NCBI GenBank assembly: GCA_040387435.1
Contig: JAZKDR010000019.1
Span: 331 to 64,330, forward strand
Source of the DNA: Pseudomonadota bacterium
GTDB lineage: Bacteria; Pseudomonadota; Gammaproteobacteria; Burkholderiales; Burkholderiaceae_C
Length of the DNA: 64,000 nt
Reading direction: 5' to 3'
Shown here: one piece after another, positions 1 through 10,872 of the stretch
Layout: the number at the start of each line of letters is the position of its first letter
How positions within the stretch are numbered: position 1 is the stretch's first letter
The notes under the pieces: model-generated
Databases searched by the model: none
The model's input: the letters and a program-made list of their open reading frames with translations, nothing else
Told to the model about the DNA's origin: nothing
Translations under genes and position numbers: made by a program

Positions 1-71
1 TCGTAGCCCATTTCGGCCACGGCACGTGCCAGCGGTTCGGCCAGCGAAAGATTGGAAAAGGATGAGGTCAT
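1..71 (-). CDS. DEAD-box ATP-dependent RNA helicase, first ~23 codons only (gene runs off the left edge)
   Basis: Reverse-strand ATG at 71..69 translates to MTSSFSNLSLAEPLARAVAEMGY. This F..L.L...L..A....GY opening resembles RhlE-type helicases. It is absent from the ORF track because it is truncated. Confidence 0.45.
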   Translation of the reverse strand, partial: MTSSFSNLSLAEPLARAVAEMGY

Positions 72-364
72 AAGAAGGCTCTGCGTGACGATGACAATGT
101 GACTGGCGTTTGACTTGCGGTTTGTGGCGCGCGGATCAGAGGTCGAGGGCCGGGGCGCTTGGGGAGTCAACAGCACAGCCATGGGCCAGCTCTTGACAGA
201 AAGGCAACGCCGCAAACCAGGGGGTGATGCAGTGCGTCCTTAGCCCTCTATTGTCGCACTTTGGGCTTACGAAGCCCATGGTCGCGACCCTGCCGCCGTC
301 CGGGGCTATCCAGAAACAGCGGCATAAGCGGATTTTACCCGGTTTTGCTACTTAATTTATAGCT

Positions 365-390
365 AAAAATCCATGGTCAGCATGGATTTT
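365..390 (-). terminator. Rho-independent terminator downstream of the metallopeptidase gene
   Basis: Perfect 9-bp stem aaatccatg/catggattt with a 5-nt loop, flanked by A/T runs on both sides, directly after the stop at 401. Confidence 0.6.
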
Positions 391-400
391 GGGGATTCAG

Positions 401-1288
401 CTACAGATTTCGGGCGCTGAAAGTGTCACAGGCCTTGACACTGCCCGTGGTCACGCCGGTATTGAACCAGCGCTGGCGCTGGGCGCTGGTGCCGTGGGTG
501 AAGCTTTCCGGCACGATGGCCCCTCCGCTGGAGCGCTGCAGCGCATCGTCGCCAATCTTGGCTGCCGCATTCATCGCCGCAGAAATATCGCCGCCTTCCA
601 GGATTTGCCGCGCGTTGTTGGCGTGATAGGCCCAGACGCCCGCAAAACAGTCGGCCTGCAGCTCCAGCTTGACGCTGAGGGCGTTGTATTCAACCTTGCT
701 GACCCGGCCCCGCATCTGGTCCATCTTGCCGCTGATGCCGAGCAGGTTCTGCACGTGGTGGCCGACCTCGTGCGCAATCACATAGGCCTGCGCAAACTCG
801 CCGGGCGCACCGAGACGGTTTTTCAGGGTTTCGTAAAAATCGAGGTCGATGTAGACCTTCTGGTCGCCCGGGCAATAAAACGGGCCCATGGCCGACTGCC
901 CCTGGCCGCAGGCGGTTTGCGTGGCACCGCGAAACAGCACCAGGCGCGGCTTGACGTAACTGGCACCGCCTTTTGTAAACACATCGGTCCACACATCTTC
1001 GGTGTCGGCCAGCACGGTCGATACAAATTTCGCCATGCGGTCATCGGCCGGGGGGCGATGTGCGGGTGCCTGCTGCTGTTGCACCTGTGCGGGTGAACCG
1101 CCACTGAGCAGGTTCAGGATGGTGAGCGGGTTCACGCCGAACACCATGCCGCCCACCAGCGCAATCACGATGGAGCCTATGCCTATGCTGCGGCCGCCAA
1201 AACCGAAGCCGCCACCCCCACCCCCACCACCACCGTCATCGCGGCGGTCTTCCACATTGTCGGATTCCCGGTTGCCTTCCCACTTCAT
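401..1288 (-). CDS. YpfJ-family neutral zinc metallopeptidase (membrane-anchored, Gly-rich N-terminus)
   Basis: 295-aa ORF opening [16 protein letters not shown], then a poly-Gly tract and one TM segment. It has an HEVGHH zinc motif (HExxH). Confidence 0.85.
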   Translation of the reverse strand: MKWEGNRESDNVEDRRDDGGGGGGGGGFGFGGRSIGIGSIVIALVGGMVFGVNPLTILNLLSGGSPAQVQQQQAPAHRPPADDRMAKFVSTVLADTEDVWTDVFTKGGASYVKPRLVLFRGATQTACGQGQSAMGPFYCPGDQKVYIDLDFYETLKNRLGAPGEFAQAYVIAHEVGHHVQNLLGISGKMDQMRGRVSKVEYNALSVKLELQADCFAGVWAYHANNARQILEGGDISAAMNAAAKIGDDALQRSSGGAIVPESFTHGTSAQRQRWFNTGVTTGSVKACDTFSARNL

Positions 1289-1457
1289 GATGGCCCCTGT
1301 TGTATGCGTTTGTAAGGTGTACGTTGTGCGCTATTTTGCGCCGCCTGCAGGTGACAACCCTGTCAGACAAAAACACGTCTGCACCGACTTTACCCGCGAG
1401 AGATAAAAACACCGGCCTGCGGCGGAACAAAATGCCATCGCACACTGTCCATCTGTC

Positions 1458-2159
1458 ATGACACCCCAGACTCTTGCCTCCCAGTTCGCAAACTACTGCC
1501 GTCTCTGCCTGCTGCTTGCCGCCACCGCCCTGCTGACCGCCTGCGCCAGTCCCATCACCGCCAAGGTCACCAGCTTCAACCAGTGGCCCGGCAACGTTGC
1601 CGGGTCGACGTTCAGCTATATCCGGCCAACCGACGGCATCAACGACCTCGAACAACAGGCCTACGAGGGCTACGTCCAGGTTGAACTCGAACGCCTGGGC
1701 CTCAAACGCGCGCCACCCGGCCAGGTCGGCCGCATTGAAGTGGACATCGTCACCGGCAACGGCACGCGTGACCGCAAGGTGCGCGAGGCGGTTTACCAGG
1801 ACAGCTACGTCTTTCACCCGCCCTACCGCAACGCCGCCGGCAACGTCTTCCCGGGTTACTGGGGGCCTGACTCGTTCGGTGCACGCTACGTTGGTGACCG
1901 GGAGGTGATCCGGACCCTGCAGGTCAGCAACCTGCGCATACGCCTGCTCGACACCCAGGGCAACCCGCCCGGCCGGCCGCGTGCGGTGTTCGAGTCACGC
2001 GCCGCGTATGAAGGCGACAACGAGGACCTGCCCGACCTGGTGCCCTACCTGGTACGCGCGGTGTTCGACGGCTTTCCAGGCCAGAACGGACGGGTCAAGC
2101 TGGTGAAATTTGACGGACGGGCTGACAACACGGCCAAGCTGAAGTCCCCTTATCCCTGA
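1458..2159 (+). CDS. Lipoprotein, DUF4136-like
   Basis: ATG at 1458. The signal peptide ends in the lipobox LLTAC. The family assignment is from memory of similar small outer-membrane lipoproteins. Confidence 0.55.
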   Translation: MTPQTLASQFANYCRLCLLLAATALLTACASPITAKVTSFNQWPGNVAGSTFSYIRPTDGINDLEQQAYEGYVQVELERLGLKRAPPGQVGRIEVDIVTGNGTRDRKVREAVYQDSYVFHPPYRNAAGNVFPGYWGPDSFGARYVGDREVIRTLQVSNLRIRLLDTQGNPPGRPRAVFESRAAYEGDNEDLPDLVPYLVRAVFDGFPGQNGRVKLVKFDGRADNTAKLKSPYP

Positions 2160-2208
2160 ACCGGCAGCGAGCCAGCACTTGTTCAGCCCGGCGCTGCAAA
2201 ATAGCGGC

Positions 2209-2856
2209 ATGACCAAGCTCCCCAACGTTCTTTTGACAGGGTTTGACGCCTTTGGCGGTGCGTCGGTCAACCCGAGCTGGCTGGCTGTGCAGGCGCTCAA
2301 TGGCGAGATTCTTCAAGGTCACCGGCTTGTCGCCGCTGCACTGCCCACCACGTTTGCAGGTTCAACCACAGAGCTGTCGCGGCTGCTCAAGGCTCATCGA
2401 CCGGCCCTGGTCATCTGCGTTGGCCAGGCGGGCGGGCGCAGCGCCATCTCTCTGGAGCGCATCGCCATCAATGTGGCCGATGCCAGCATGGCGGACAACG
2501 ACGGTGCGCAGCCGCTGGACGTGCCCGTGAAAACTGCAGGTCCCGCAGGCTACTTCAGCACCCTTCCCATCAAGGCCATGCTGCTGGCCCTGCAAGACTC
2601 ACGCATTCCCGCAGAGGTGTCACAGACCGCTGGCACCTTTGTCTGCAACCAGGTTTTTTATGCGCTGATGTACACGCTCGCAAGGCAACGCGGCAGTTCG
2701 CGCGCAAGAGGCGGTTTCATCCATGTCCCGTGGCTGCCGGAGCAAGGCAGTCCGGCGATGGCACTGGACATGATGGTGAAGGGTTTGCGCATCGCCACTG
2801 ATTGCGCGCTGATGACGTCTGCGGATCTGGCGCATGGGGCGGGCCGTGTCAGTTGA
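2209..2856 (+). CDS. pcp: Pyroglutamyl-peptidase I (pyrrolidone-carboxylate peptidase)
   Basis: N-terminus is VLLTGFDAFGG..VNPSW, with the Cys-containing motif GTFVCN downstream. I moved the start to the ATG at 2209 (MTKLPNVLLTGFD); the track ORF starts at 2179. Confidence 0.88.
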   Translation: MTKLPNVLLTGFDAFGGASVNPSWLAVQALNGEILQGHRLVAAALPTTFAGSTTELSRLLKAHRPALVICVGQAGGRSAISLERIAINVADASMADNDGAQPLDVPVKTAGPAGYFSTLPIKAMLLALQDSRIPAEVSQTAGTFVCNQVFYALMYTLARQRGSSRARGGFIHVPWLPEQGSPAMALDMMVKGLRIATDCALMTSADLAHGAGRVS

Positions 2857-2876
2857 CCGGCCTTTGAATCAGGTGA

Positions 2877-3260
2877 TCAGTTCGCCGCGAACGACACACC
2901 CATCACGCTGGCCTGCATGCCCGATGACGATCCGCGTGTGAAGTCGGTGTAGCTGGCAGACTCGCGTGGCAACGAGTCCTGGCGACTGTTGCTGGTAACG
3001 ACCTGCGTGGTACCCAAGGAGAGATTCCTGGCCTGCACCATGCAGTCCTGGCGTTCGGCCCGGGTGTTGCCGTCAAAACATTTTGCAATAGCAGCGCGCT
3101 GCGCCAGCATCTGCGAGTCCCGGATCTCCGCTTTTTTGACCTGCTCACCGGCGACCAGCGTCATGGCGACCAGCTGGCAGGCAATGACCAGCCCGCCTGC
3201 CATCAGGAAGAGGCTGCGGCCACTGATGCGATCTATCTTCGGCAGGTGATCTGAAAACAT
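2877..3260 (-). CDS. Hypothetical membrane-anchored protein
   Basis: 127-aa ORF with one N-terminal TM helix (LFLMAGGLVIACQLVAMTLVAG). I recognise no family. Confidence 0.45.
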   Translation of the reverse strand: MFSDHLPKIDRISGRSLFLMAGGLVIACQLVAMTLVAGEQVKKAEIRDSQMLAQRAAIAKCFDGNTRAERQDCMVQARNLSLGTTQVVTSNSRQDSLPRESASYTDFTRGSSSGMQASVMGVSFAAN

Positions 3261-3385
3261 GGCGGAACTCCTCAGGCGGGATGGTTGGTTGTTGGCTCCA
3301 TGCTAGGAGGCAGACCTTGCCCGACCATTCGGTGTGCAGCGCTTGAAGATGTAGGATAAAAGCCTCACACCCCGTTCTATCCCGT

Positions 3386-4306
3386 ATGGAAAACCCCAAC
3401 CCGGACACCCTGCTCAACGCCAGCCAGACGTCGGCCCGCCTTCCGTGGAACCCACTGGTCGACGAGATCGATGCGCTGCTGCGTGACGACAGCGTGCAGG
3501 TGCCACCGCGCCTGGTGCAGGCACTGCCCGGCGGCGGCAGCCTGTTTGTGATGCCCGCTCTCGACGGACAGGTGGCCATCACCAAACTGATCACCTTCAC
3601 ACCCGCCAACGCAGGCACCGGAAGGCCGGCCATTCAGGGGGATGTGGTCGTCTTCGACGTGGCGACGGGCCAGCGCAGGCTGGTGCTGGACGGCCCGACA
3701 GTCACCGCCCGGCGGACGGCGGCGGTGTCTGCTTCGGCTGCAAAAAGGCTGGCGCCTGACCCAACGGGACCCTTACTTATTGTTGGCGCTGGCGTGCAGG
3801 GCAAAGCGCATCTGGAAGCGTTTGCAGAGGTGCTCGGTGTGACGGAGTTCCTGATTTCCTCACGGAGTCCGGCGAGCGCCGAAGCATTGGCAGCTCACGC
3901 TCACGCCATGGGCCTGAAAGCCAGAACGGTGCAAAACTCCAATGCCGCGCTGGCCGACTGCTCCATGGCCGTCACATGCACGCCCGCCAGTGGCGTGGTG
4001 CTGAGCGCCCTGCCCGGCACAAACACCTTCATCAGCGCCGTCGGTGCCTTCACGCCAAAGATGGTCGAGCTGTCACCAGCGCTGTGCCGTCACGTCGCTG
4101 ATGACGGCCACATTTTTGTAGACACCTCGGACGCATTGCATGAGGCCGGCGATCTTCTACAGGCTGGACTCGACGTCGGCCGCTTCGCCACCCTGGCAGA
4201 CGTGGTGCGGCAAGACATGAAAAAACCCGCCGGACCGGTGCTTTTTAAAAGCTGCGGCTGGGCGGGTTGGGATTTGGCGGCTGCGAGGACAGCTATCAAG
4301 GGCTGA
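3386..4306 (+). CDS. Ornithine cyclodeaminase / mu-crystallin family oxidoreductase
   Basis: 306 aa with TARRTAAVSA and a Rossmann motif IVGAGVQGKAHLEAF, typical of the OCD/mu-crystallin family. Confidence 0.8.
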   Translation: MENPNPDTLLNASQTSARLPWNPLVDEIDALLRDDSVQVPPRLVQALPGGGSLFVMPALDGQVAITKLITFTPANAGTGRPAIQGDVVVFDVATGQRRLVLDGPTVTARRTAAVSASAAKRLAPDPTGPLLIVGAGVQGKAHLEAFAEVLGVTEFLISSRSPASAEALAAHAHAMGLKARTVQNSNAALADCSMAVTCTPASGVVLSALPGTNTFISAVGAFTPKMVELSPALCRHVADDGHIFVDTSDALHEAGDLLQAGLDVGRFATLADVVRQDMKKPAGPVLFKSCGWAGWDLAAARTAIKG

Positions 4307-4330
4307 CAGGCCCCGCTTTCCCCATGAACC

Positions 4331-4903
4331 TCAGGCCTTGGGCAGCGTCACGCCCACCTGGCCCTGGTATTTGCCGCCGCGGTCCTTGTAGCTGACTTCG
4401 CAGACGTCGTCCTTGTCGCTTTCGAAGAAGAGAACCTGAGCGCAGCCCTCACCAGCGTAAATTTTGGCTGGCAGTGGTGTGGTGTTGGAGAACTCCAGCG
4501 TCACATAACCTTCCCACTCGGGCTCGAAGGGCGTGACGTTGACGATGATGCCGCAGCGCGCGTAGGTGCTTTTGCCCAGGCAGATGGTCAGCACGTTGCG
4601 GGGGATGCGAAAGTACTCGACCGTCCGGGCCAGCGCAAAGCTGTTGGGCGGGATGATGCAGCTGTCGCCCTGCATGTCGACAAAACTCTTTTCATCGAAG
4701 TTTTTCGGGTCGACCACGGTGCTGTGGATGTTGGTGAAGACCTTGAACTCGGGTGCGCAGCGAATGTCGTAGCCGTAGCTGCTGGTGCCGTAGCTGATGA
4801 TTTTTTTGCCGTCGGTCTCACGGATCTGGCCAGGCTCGAAAGGCTCGATCATGCCTGTGGACTCGGCCATGTGGCGTATCCATTTGTCGCTTTTGATGCT
4901 CAT
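4331..4903 (-). CDS. dcd: dCTP deaminase
   Basis: 190 aa, [14 protein letters not shown]...SSYGYD.R....F, with typical Dcd length and N-terminus. Confidence 0.92.
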   Translation of the reverse strand: MSIKSDKWIRHMAESTGMIEPFEPGQIRETDGKKIISYGTSSYGYDIRCAPEFKVFTNIHSTVVDPKNFDEKSFVDMQGDSCIIPPNSFALARTVEYFRIPRNVLTICLGKSTYARCGIIVNVTPFEPEWEGYVTLEFSNTTPLPAKIYAGEGCAQVLFFESDKDDVCEVSYKDRGGKYQGQVGVTLPKA

Positions 4904-4985
4904 TGGGAAATTTCCTCAGCTTTTTCTCGGTTCACCCGATTGTAGGCAAGCGCGGCCGCCTGAAAGCCAGCCCTTCAAGCGGGCA

Positions 4986-6278
4986 TCAATCCGCGAGCGC
5001 TTCGGAAATCACGGTTCTTTCGATCAGCCGGTCATCGCCCAGCACGATCAGGGCGAACAGCAGTTCGTCCAGCGTGGCGGATTGCGCGGTTTTGCGGGCC
5101 AGCAAAGGCGTCGCTTTGGGGTTGAGCACCACAAAATCGGCTTCACATCCCGGCAGCAGGTTGCCGATGACGCCCTCCAGGCCCAAGGCCCGCGCAGCAC
5201 CTGCTGTGTGCTGCCACCAGAGCTGGCCGGGCGTGAGTGAAACTCCAATTTTTGTCTGCCCTTCGCGCCCGACGTAGTAGGCGGCCAGCATGGTGCTGAA
5301 AGGGCTGAAGCTGGTGCCACCACCCACGTCGCTAGCGAGGCCATACAGAAAGCCGGTACGCTCCGCCGCCACATAGTCAAAAAAACCGCTGCCCAGGAAG
5401 AGGTTGCTGGTCGGGCTGATTGCTGCCGCTGTCCCTGTGTCGTGCATGAGCGCACGGTCTTCATCGTCGATGTGGATGCAGTGTGCATAAACGGCGCGTG
5501 GCCTGAGCAAACCGAACTCGCCATACACCGAAAGATAGCTACGTGATTGAGGGTACAGCTGCTTCACCCAGGCCACCTCGTCGAGGTTTTCCGCCACATG
5601 GGACTGCACCCAGACATCGGCGTACTTCGCGGCCAGCTCGCCCGCGCCGCGCAGTTGCGCTTCGCTGCAGCTGGGCACAAAACGCGGCGTGATGGCGTAG
5701 CCTAGTCGGTCCACGCCGTGCCACTTGTTGATCAAGGCTTCTGTATCGATGAGGCTTTGTGCTGTCTGGTCGCGCACGCCATCGGGGGAGTTCTGGTCCT
5801 GCAGCACCTTGCCGGCAATCATGCGCAGTTTTCTGTTCTGCGCTTCGCCCAGCAAGGCATCGACAGACGCCGGGTGCGAAGTCGCAAATGCCAGCGCCGT
5901 CGTCACCCCATTGCGCAGCAACTCATCGACAAAAAACACGGCCGACTCGCTGCCGTAACCGGCCTCGGCAAAACGCGATTCGTGCGGGAATGTGTAGTTC
6001 TCCAGCCAGGGCAGCAGTCCCTCAGCGGGTGAGCCGATGACGTCCAGCTGCGGGTAGTGAATGTGCATGTCCACAAAGCCCGGAGCGATGATGCGGCCCG
6101 GCAGGTGCTCAATGTTCAAGAGCGGCCACTTGGCCTTCAGGGCCTGGTAGCTGCCAATCGCCTGCACGACATGACGCCCGTCCGCATGGGGGCCAACCAC
6201 CAGCAGGCCGTCCTCCTCGAAGACGGCCTGAGCAGAATGCGCTGCAAAGTACAGAAGGGAAGCCCGATACGCTTTCAT
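4986..6278 (-). CDS. guaD: Guanine deaminase (amidohydrolase superfamily)
   Basis: 430 aa with the FVDMHIHYPQ metal-binding motif and overall guanine-deaminase-like sequence and length. Confidence 0.85.
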   Translation of the reverse strand: MKAYRASLLYFAAHSAQAVFEEDGLLVVGPHADGRHVVQAIGSYQALKAKWPLLNIEHLPGRIIAPGFVDMHIHYPQLDVIGSPAEGLLPWLENYTFPHESRFAEAGYGSESAVFFVDELLRNGVTTALAFATSHPASVDALLGEAQNRKLRMIAGKVLQDQNSPDGVRDQTAQSLIDTEALINKWHGVDRLGYAITPRFVPSCSEAQLRGAGELAAKYADVWVQSHVAENLDEVAWVKQLYPQSRSYLSVYGEFGLLRPRAVYAHCIHIDDEDRALMHDTGTAAAISPTSNLFLGSGFFDYVAAERTGFLYGLASDVGGGTSFSPFSTMLAAYYVGREGQTKIGVSLTPGQLWWQHTAGAARALGLEGVIGNLLPGCEADFVVLNPKATPLLARKTAQSATLDELLFALIVLGDDRLIERTVISEALAD

Positions 6279-6341
6279 GACCCTAGGTTAACGCAGGATG
6301 CGCCGCGCGACATACGCGGCTGCGAATGACGCCTATCTGCT

Positions 6342-6704
6342 TCAGGCGCGCAGCGTGCAGCTGTCCCCCACCGAATCACGCCAGACCCGTACGGCGGACA
6401 GTTGTGGCACTGACGGTGTGAGTTCGCGCCAGATAAAGGTGCAGAGGTTTTCCAGCGTCGCCGGGCCCAGGCCAGGAACGTCGTCCAGCATGTGGTGGTC
6501 CAGTTTTGAACGCAGCTGTGCAATCGCTTCCCGCACCAGCCCGAGATCACGCACCATGCCGGTGGCAGCGTCGGGCTGGCCCGACAGCGAGACTTCCGCG
6601 TGGTAGGTGTGCCCATGCACCCGCAGGCTGCTGTCGGCTTCGACTTCACGCTTCAAGGTATGCGCCGCATCGAAGAAAAATTTCTGGCTGATTTCGTAGT
6701 TCAT
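6342..6704 (-). CDS. queD: 6-carboxy-5,6,7,8-tetrahydropterin synthase
   Basis: 120 aa, MNYEISQKFFFDAAHTL...HGHTY, the QueD/PTPS signature. Confidence 0.9.
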   Translation of the reverse strand: MNYEISQKFFFDAAHTLKREVEADSSLRVHGHTYHAEVSLSGQPDAATGMVRDLGLVREAIAQLRSKLDHHMLDDVPGLGPATLENLCTFIWRELTPSVPQLSAVRVWRDSVGDSCTLRA

Positions 6705-6875
6705 AACGTGCTTTTGATAGTTAACTGCCTTGGTGAGCTTTCAGAAATTCGATTACCGGGATGCAGGGCAAGGCGCACGGCGCACAGGACACCGGAATGC
6801 ACTTGCGTGCATGAGGATTCCGAGCACCGCGCAACGCCGACATGCGCCCGGAAATCGGATTTATGGAGGCTCACC

Positions 6876-7508
6876 TCATCGGATTCCGGTGATCTTGTGG
6901 GTCTGCAGGCTTAATCGCCACGCCGGTCGCTGCATGCACAGCGCGATGCACGCCTCGGTGTTGTCGGCTCGCAGCACGTTGTCCATGGGCTGTAAATAGC
7001 GGTGCTCGAACTGCGCTGCCTCGAGTTCCGTCAGGTCAAACGGCTGTGGCCACACCAGTTTGAGCTCATGGCCCTGGCGCTGCACCCACGGCGCACCCGC
7101 CTTGGGGCTGACGCAAATCCAGTCAATGCCGGCCGGGGCGGCAATCGTGCCGTTGGTCTCCACCGCGATCTGGAAGCCCCGGTCATGCAACGCCGCAATC
7201 AGGGCGGCGTCGACCTGCAACAAAGGTTCGCCGCCCGTCATCACGACAAAACGGTTGTCACGGTCACCCTCAGGCCACTGGACCTCTATGCGGTCGGCCA
7301 GTTCTTCGGCATCGCGAAACTTGCCGCCCAGCGTGCCGTCGGTGCCCACGAAGTCGGTGTCGCAGAACTGGCAGACAGCAGTGGCACGGTCCTGCTCACG
7401 TCCCGTCCATAAATTGCAGCCTGCGAAACGGCAGAAAACGGCGGGCCGCCCCGCATTGGCGCCTTCGCCCTGCAGGGTGTAAAAAATTTCCTTGACCTGG
7501 TAAGTCAT
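6876..7508 (-). CDS. queE: 7-carboxy-7-deazaguanine synthase (radical SAM)
   Basis: 210 aa, YTLQGEGANAGRPAVFCRFAGCNLW, the QueE-type radical-SAM cluster motif. Confidence 0.9.
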   Translation of the reverse strand: MTYQVKEIFYTLQGEGANAGRPAVFCRFAGCNLWTGREQDRATAVCQFCDTDFVGTDGTLGGKFRDAEELADRIEVQWPEGDRDNRFVVMTGGEPLLQVDAALIAALHDRGFQIAVETNGTIAAPAGIDWICVSPKAGAPWVQRQGHELKLVWPQPFDLTELEAAQFEHRYLQPMDNVLRADNTEACIALCMQRPAWRLSLQTHKITGIR

Positions 7509-7748
7509 GCCGGCCCCCGCAAGAGGGCAGCAGGCCGAAAATATGAAGAAAAGCTGGCAGCGCCGTGAGCAAAAAAGTGCGTACCCATGGCCGGGGCTGC
7601 GAGGTTTTTATACATGGTAGTCCTCTACATGGCCCCGAAAGAATAAATACCGGCGCGTCGGGACAGCGCGTTGCCGGGCGGCTATTTTAGCCCGGGAGCC
7701 GTTTGACGCCCCACGCATAGAATCGGCGTCCGCTTCCCCTGAACCCGA

Positions 7749-8531
7749 ATGTCACCTCACTACGGCACACAACTCCCCGAAAACCTGGAAGCCATCCAGC
7801 GGATGACGCCCGCAGAATGGAAGGCCATCCTCAAGGGTGATGCCCTGCGCGCACGCCAGTGGATTCAGGCCGCGGCACGCCTGGGCCATGACGAAGCGCA
7901 GGTTGTCCTGGGACAGTGGTTGCTCGACGGGCATGGCGGCCCACGCGATGCGGCGCAGGCGCTTTTGTGGTTTTTAAAGGCTGCGGAACAGAAGCACGCC
8001 ATGGGCATCAACATGGCGGGTCGCTGTTATGAAAACGCATGGGGCACCGCAGCAGATCCCGCCAAGGCAGTCGCCATGTACGAAGAGGCGGCGGCCTTGG
8101 GCCTGGATGCCGGCTTTTACAACCTTGCCAACCAGCTCGCATCAGGCAAATCCGTGCAGCAGGATCACCTCAAGGCACTCGAGCTGTACAGCAAGGCTGC
8201 GAGGCTGGGCCATGTCAAATCGCTGACCAAGGTCGGTCGTTACCTGGAAGACGGCGTGGTGGTTGAGAAGAACCTGCCCATGGCGCTGGATTTTTACCGG
8301 CTGGGTGCAGAAGGTGGCGATTTTCGCGGCCAGTTCAGTTACGCAGGCATGCTGGCCGCCGAAGGCAAAGACGAAGAAGCGCTGCACTGGTTGCGCAAGG
8401 TTGAAGAGACGGCAACACCGTCCTATCTTCTTGAAGCCGGCGGCCTGCTGCAGGACTCGCGCAGCGAAGCGTACCGCCGCATTGGTCTCAACATGCTGGC
8501 AGTGGCGGCGCGCCGCGAACGCGCTGGCTGA
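7749..8531 (+). CDS. Sel1-repeat (TPR-like) protein
   Basis: 260 aa with repeated ~36-aa units of the pattern A..W..KAA..G...A...LG..Y..G.GV..D...A, characteristic of SEL1 repeats. Confidence 0.75.
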   Translation: MSPHYGTQLPENLEAIQRMTPAEWKAILKGDALRARQWIQAAARLGHDEAQVVLGQWLLDGHGGPRDAAQALLWFLKAAEQKHAMGINMAGRCYENAWGTAADPAKAVAMYEEAAALGLDAGFYNLANQLASGKSVQQDHLKALELYSKAARLGHVKSLTKVGRYLEDGVVVEKNLPMALDFYRLGAEGGDFRGQFSYAGMLAAEGKDEEALHWLRKVEETATPSYLLEAGGLLQDSRSEAYRRIGLNMLAVAARRERAG

Positions 8532-8551
8532 ACCGCCCGGTCAACGCTGAC

Positions 8552-9739
8552 TCAAGCCTGAGCCGACACCCTCAGGTCCTGAACCCAGACCACGGCGGCT
8601 GCAAGAGACAGCACCACCCCAAGCGCACAAACACCCAGCCAGCCACCGCGCTGCCACGCCAGTGAGCCGAGCGCCGAACCGGCTGCGGCGCCAACGAAAA
8701 AGCTGGTCATGTAAACGGCGTTGATTCGCGACCGCGCTTCTGGCATCAGCTTGTAGACGATGTTCTGGTTGCTCACGTGAACGCCCTGCACGGCCAGATC
8801 AATCAAAAGCATGCCCGCAACAAAGCAGGCCAGGCTGCTGCCGCCTGCCCAGAGTACCGGCCAACTCAACACAGTCAGCGCGGCGCAAACGCCGGTGGTC
8901 ATCTGCACCCTGCCACGGTCTGCCATGCGGCCAGCCACATTGGCCATCAGCGCCCCTGCGACACCTGCCAGGCCCACCAGACCGATTTGCGCATCGTTCA
9001 GGCCGTGCGCCGGACCGCCCAGCAGCAGTGCCATGGTCGAAAACAGCGCACTGACCGAGGCAAACGACAGTGCACCCAGCAACGCGCGGCGGCGCAGGCG
9101 GGGGTATGTCAGCACCAACGTCCCGAGCGAGGCCAGCACTTCGCCATAACCCGGCCGTGCGGGATTGCGGGAGGCCGGCAAGGCGCGCCACAAGGCGAAT
9201 GCCACCAACACCATCACGACCCCGGCACAACGGTAAACTAGTGTCCAGCCGCCCAGAGCCGACAGGAAACCCGCGACACTGCGTGCCGCAAGAATCCCGG
9301 TGAGCATGCCACTCATCACCAAGCCCACCGCACGACCGCTGCGTGCCGGGTCGGACAGCGCTGCGGCCAAGGGCACCAGCACCTGCGCAGACACCGAAAA
9401 AAGCCCGGCCATGATGGTGCCGATGGCCAGCATGCCGATGTTGCCGGCAAAGCCAGTGATGAATAGTCCCATTGCCGCCAGAAACATCAGCGTGACCACC
9501 AGTGCGCGCCGCTCCAGCATGTCTCCCAGAGGCACCAGCAACAGCAGGCCGACGGCATACGAGACCTGCGCCATCGTCACGGTCAGCGAGGCGGTGGCTT
9601 CGCTCACCTGCAGGCTGATGGCGATGGAATGCAGCAAGGGCTGGTTGAAATAATTGCCACCCACGGACAGCCCGCAGGCGAGCGCCATGAGGAGAAGCGT
9701 GGGCGTGCCTAGCGGGCGCGAAGCGGGCGTTGAACTCAT
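8552..9739 (-). CDS. MFS transporter
   Basis: Polytopic hydrophobic protein with about 12 predicted TM segments. I trimmed the start to the ATG at 9739 (MSSTPASRPLG), just downstream of the stop (9741-9743) of the deaminase gene above it. The track ORF extends into that gene. Confidence 0.8.
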   Translation of the reverse strand: MSSTPASRPLGTPTLLLMALACGLSVGGNYFNQPLLHSIAISLQVSEATASLTVTMAQVSYAVGLLLLVPLGDMLERRALVVTLMFLAAMGLFITGFAGNIGMLAIGTIMAGLFSVSAQVLVPLAAALSDPARSGRAVGLVMSGMLTGILAARSVAGFLSALGGWTLVYRCAGVVMVLVAFALWRALPASRNPARPGYGEVLASLGTLVLTYPRLRRRALLGALSFASVSALFSTMALLLGGPAHGLNDAQIGLVGLAGVAGALMANVAGRMADRGRVQMTTGVCAALTVLSWPVLWAGGSSLACFVAGMLLIDLAVQGVHVSNQNIVYKLMPEARSRINAVYMTSFFVGAAAGSALGSLAWQRGGWLGVCALGVVLSLAAAVVWVQDLRVSAQA

Positions 9740-9740
9740 C

Positions 9741-10847
<1,107 letters not shown>

Positions 10848-10872
10848 TTAAAAGGAAATCGGCGTCCGGCAA

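Noticed and set aside
7509-7640. Possible preQ1 riboswitch in the queE leader (minus-strand GAGGACUACCAUGUAUAAAAACCUC with an A-rich stretch).
   Set aside because: The A-rich tract lies inside the hairpin loop rather than 3' of a short P1 as in preQ1-I. The topology and conserved nucleotides do not fit any preQ1 class as I recall them.
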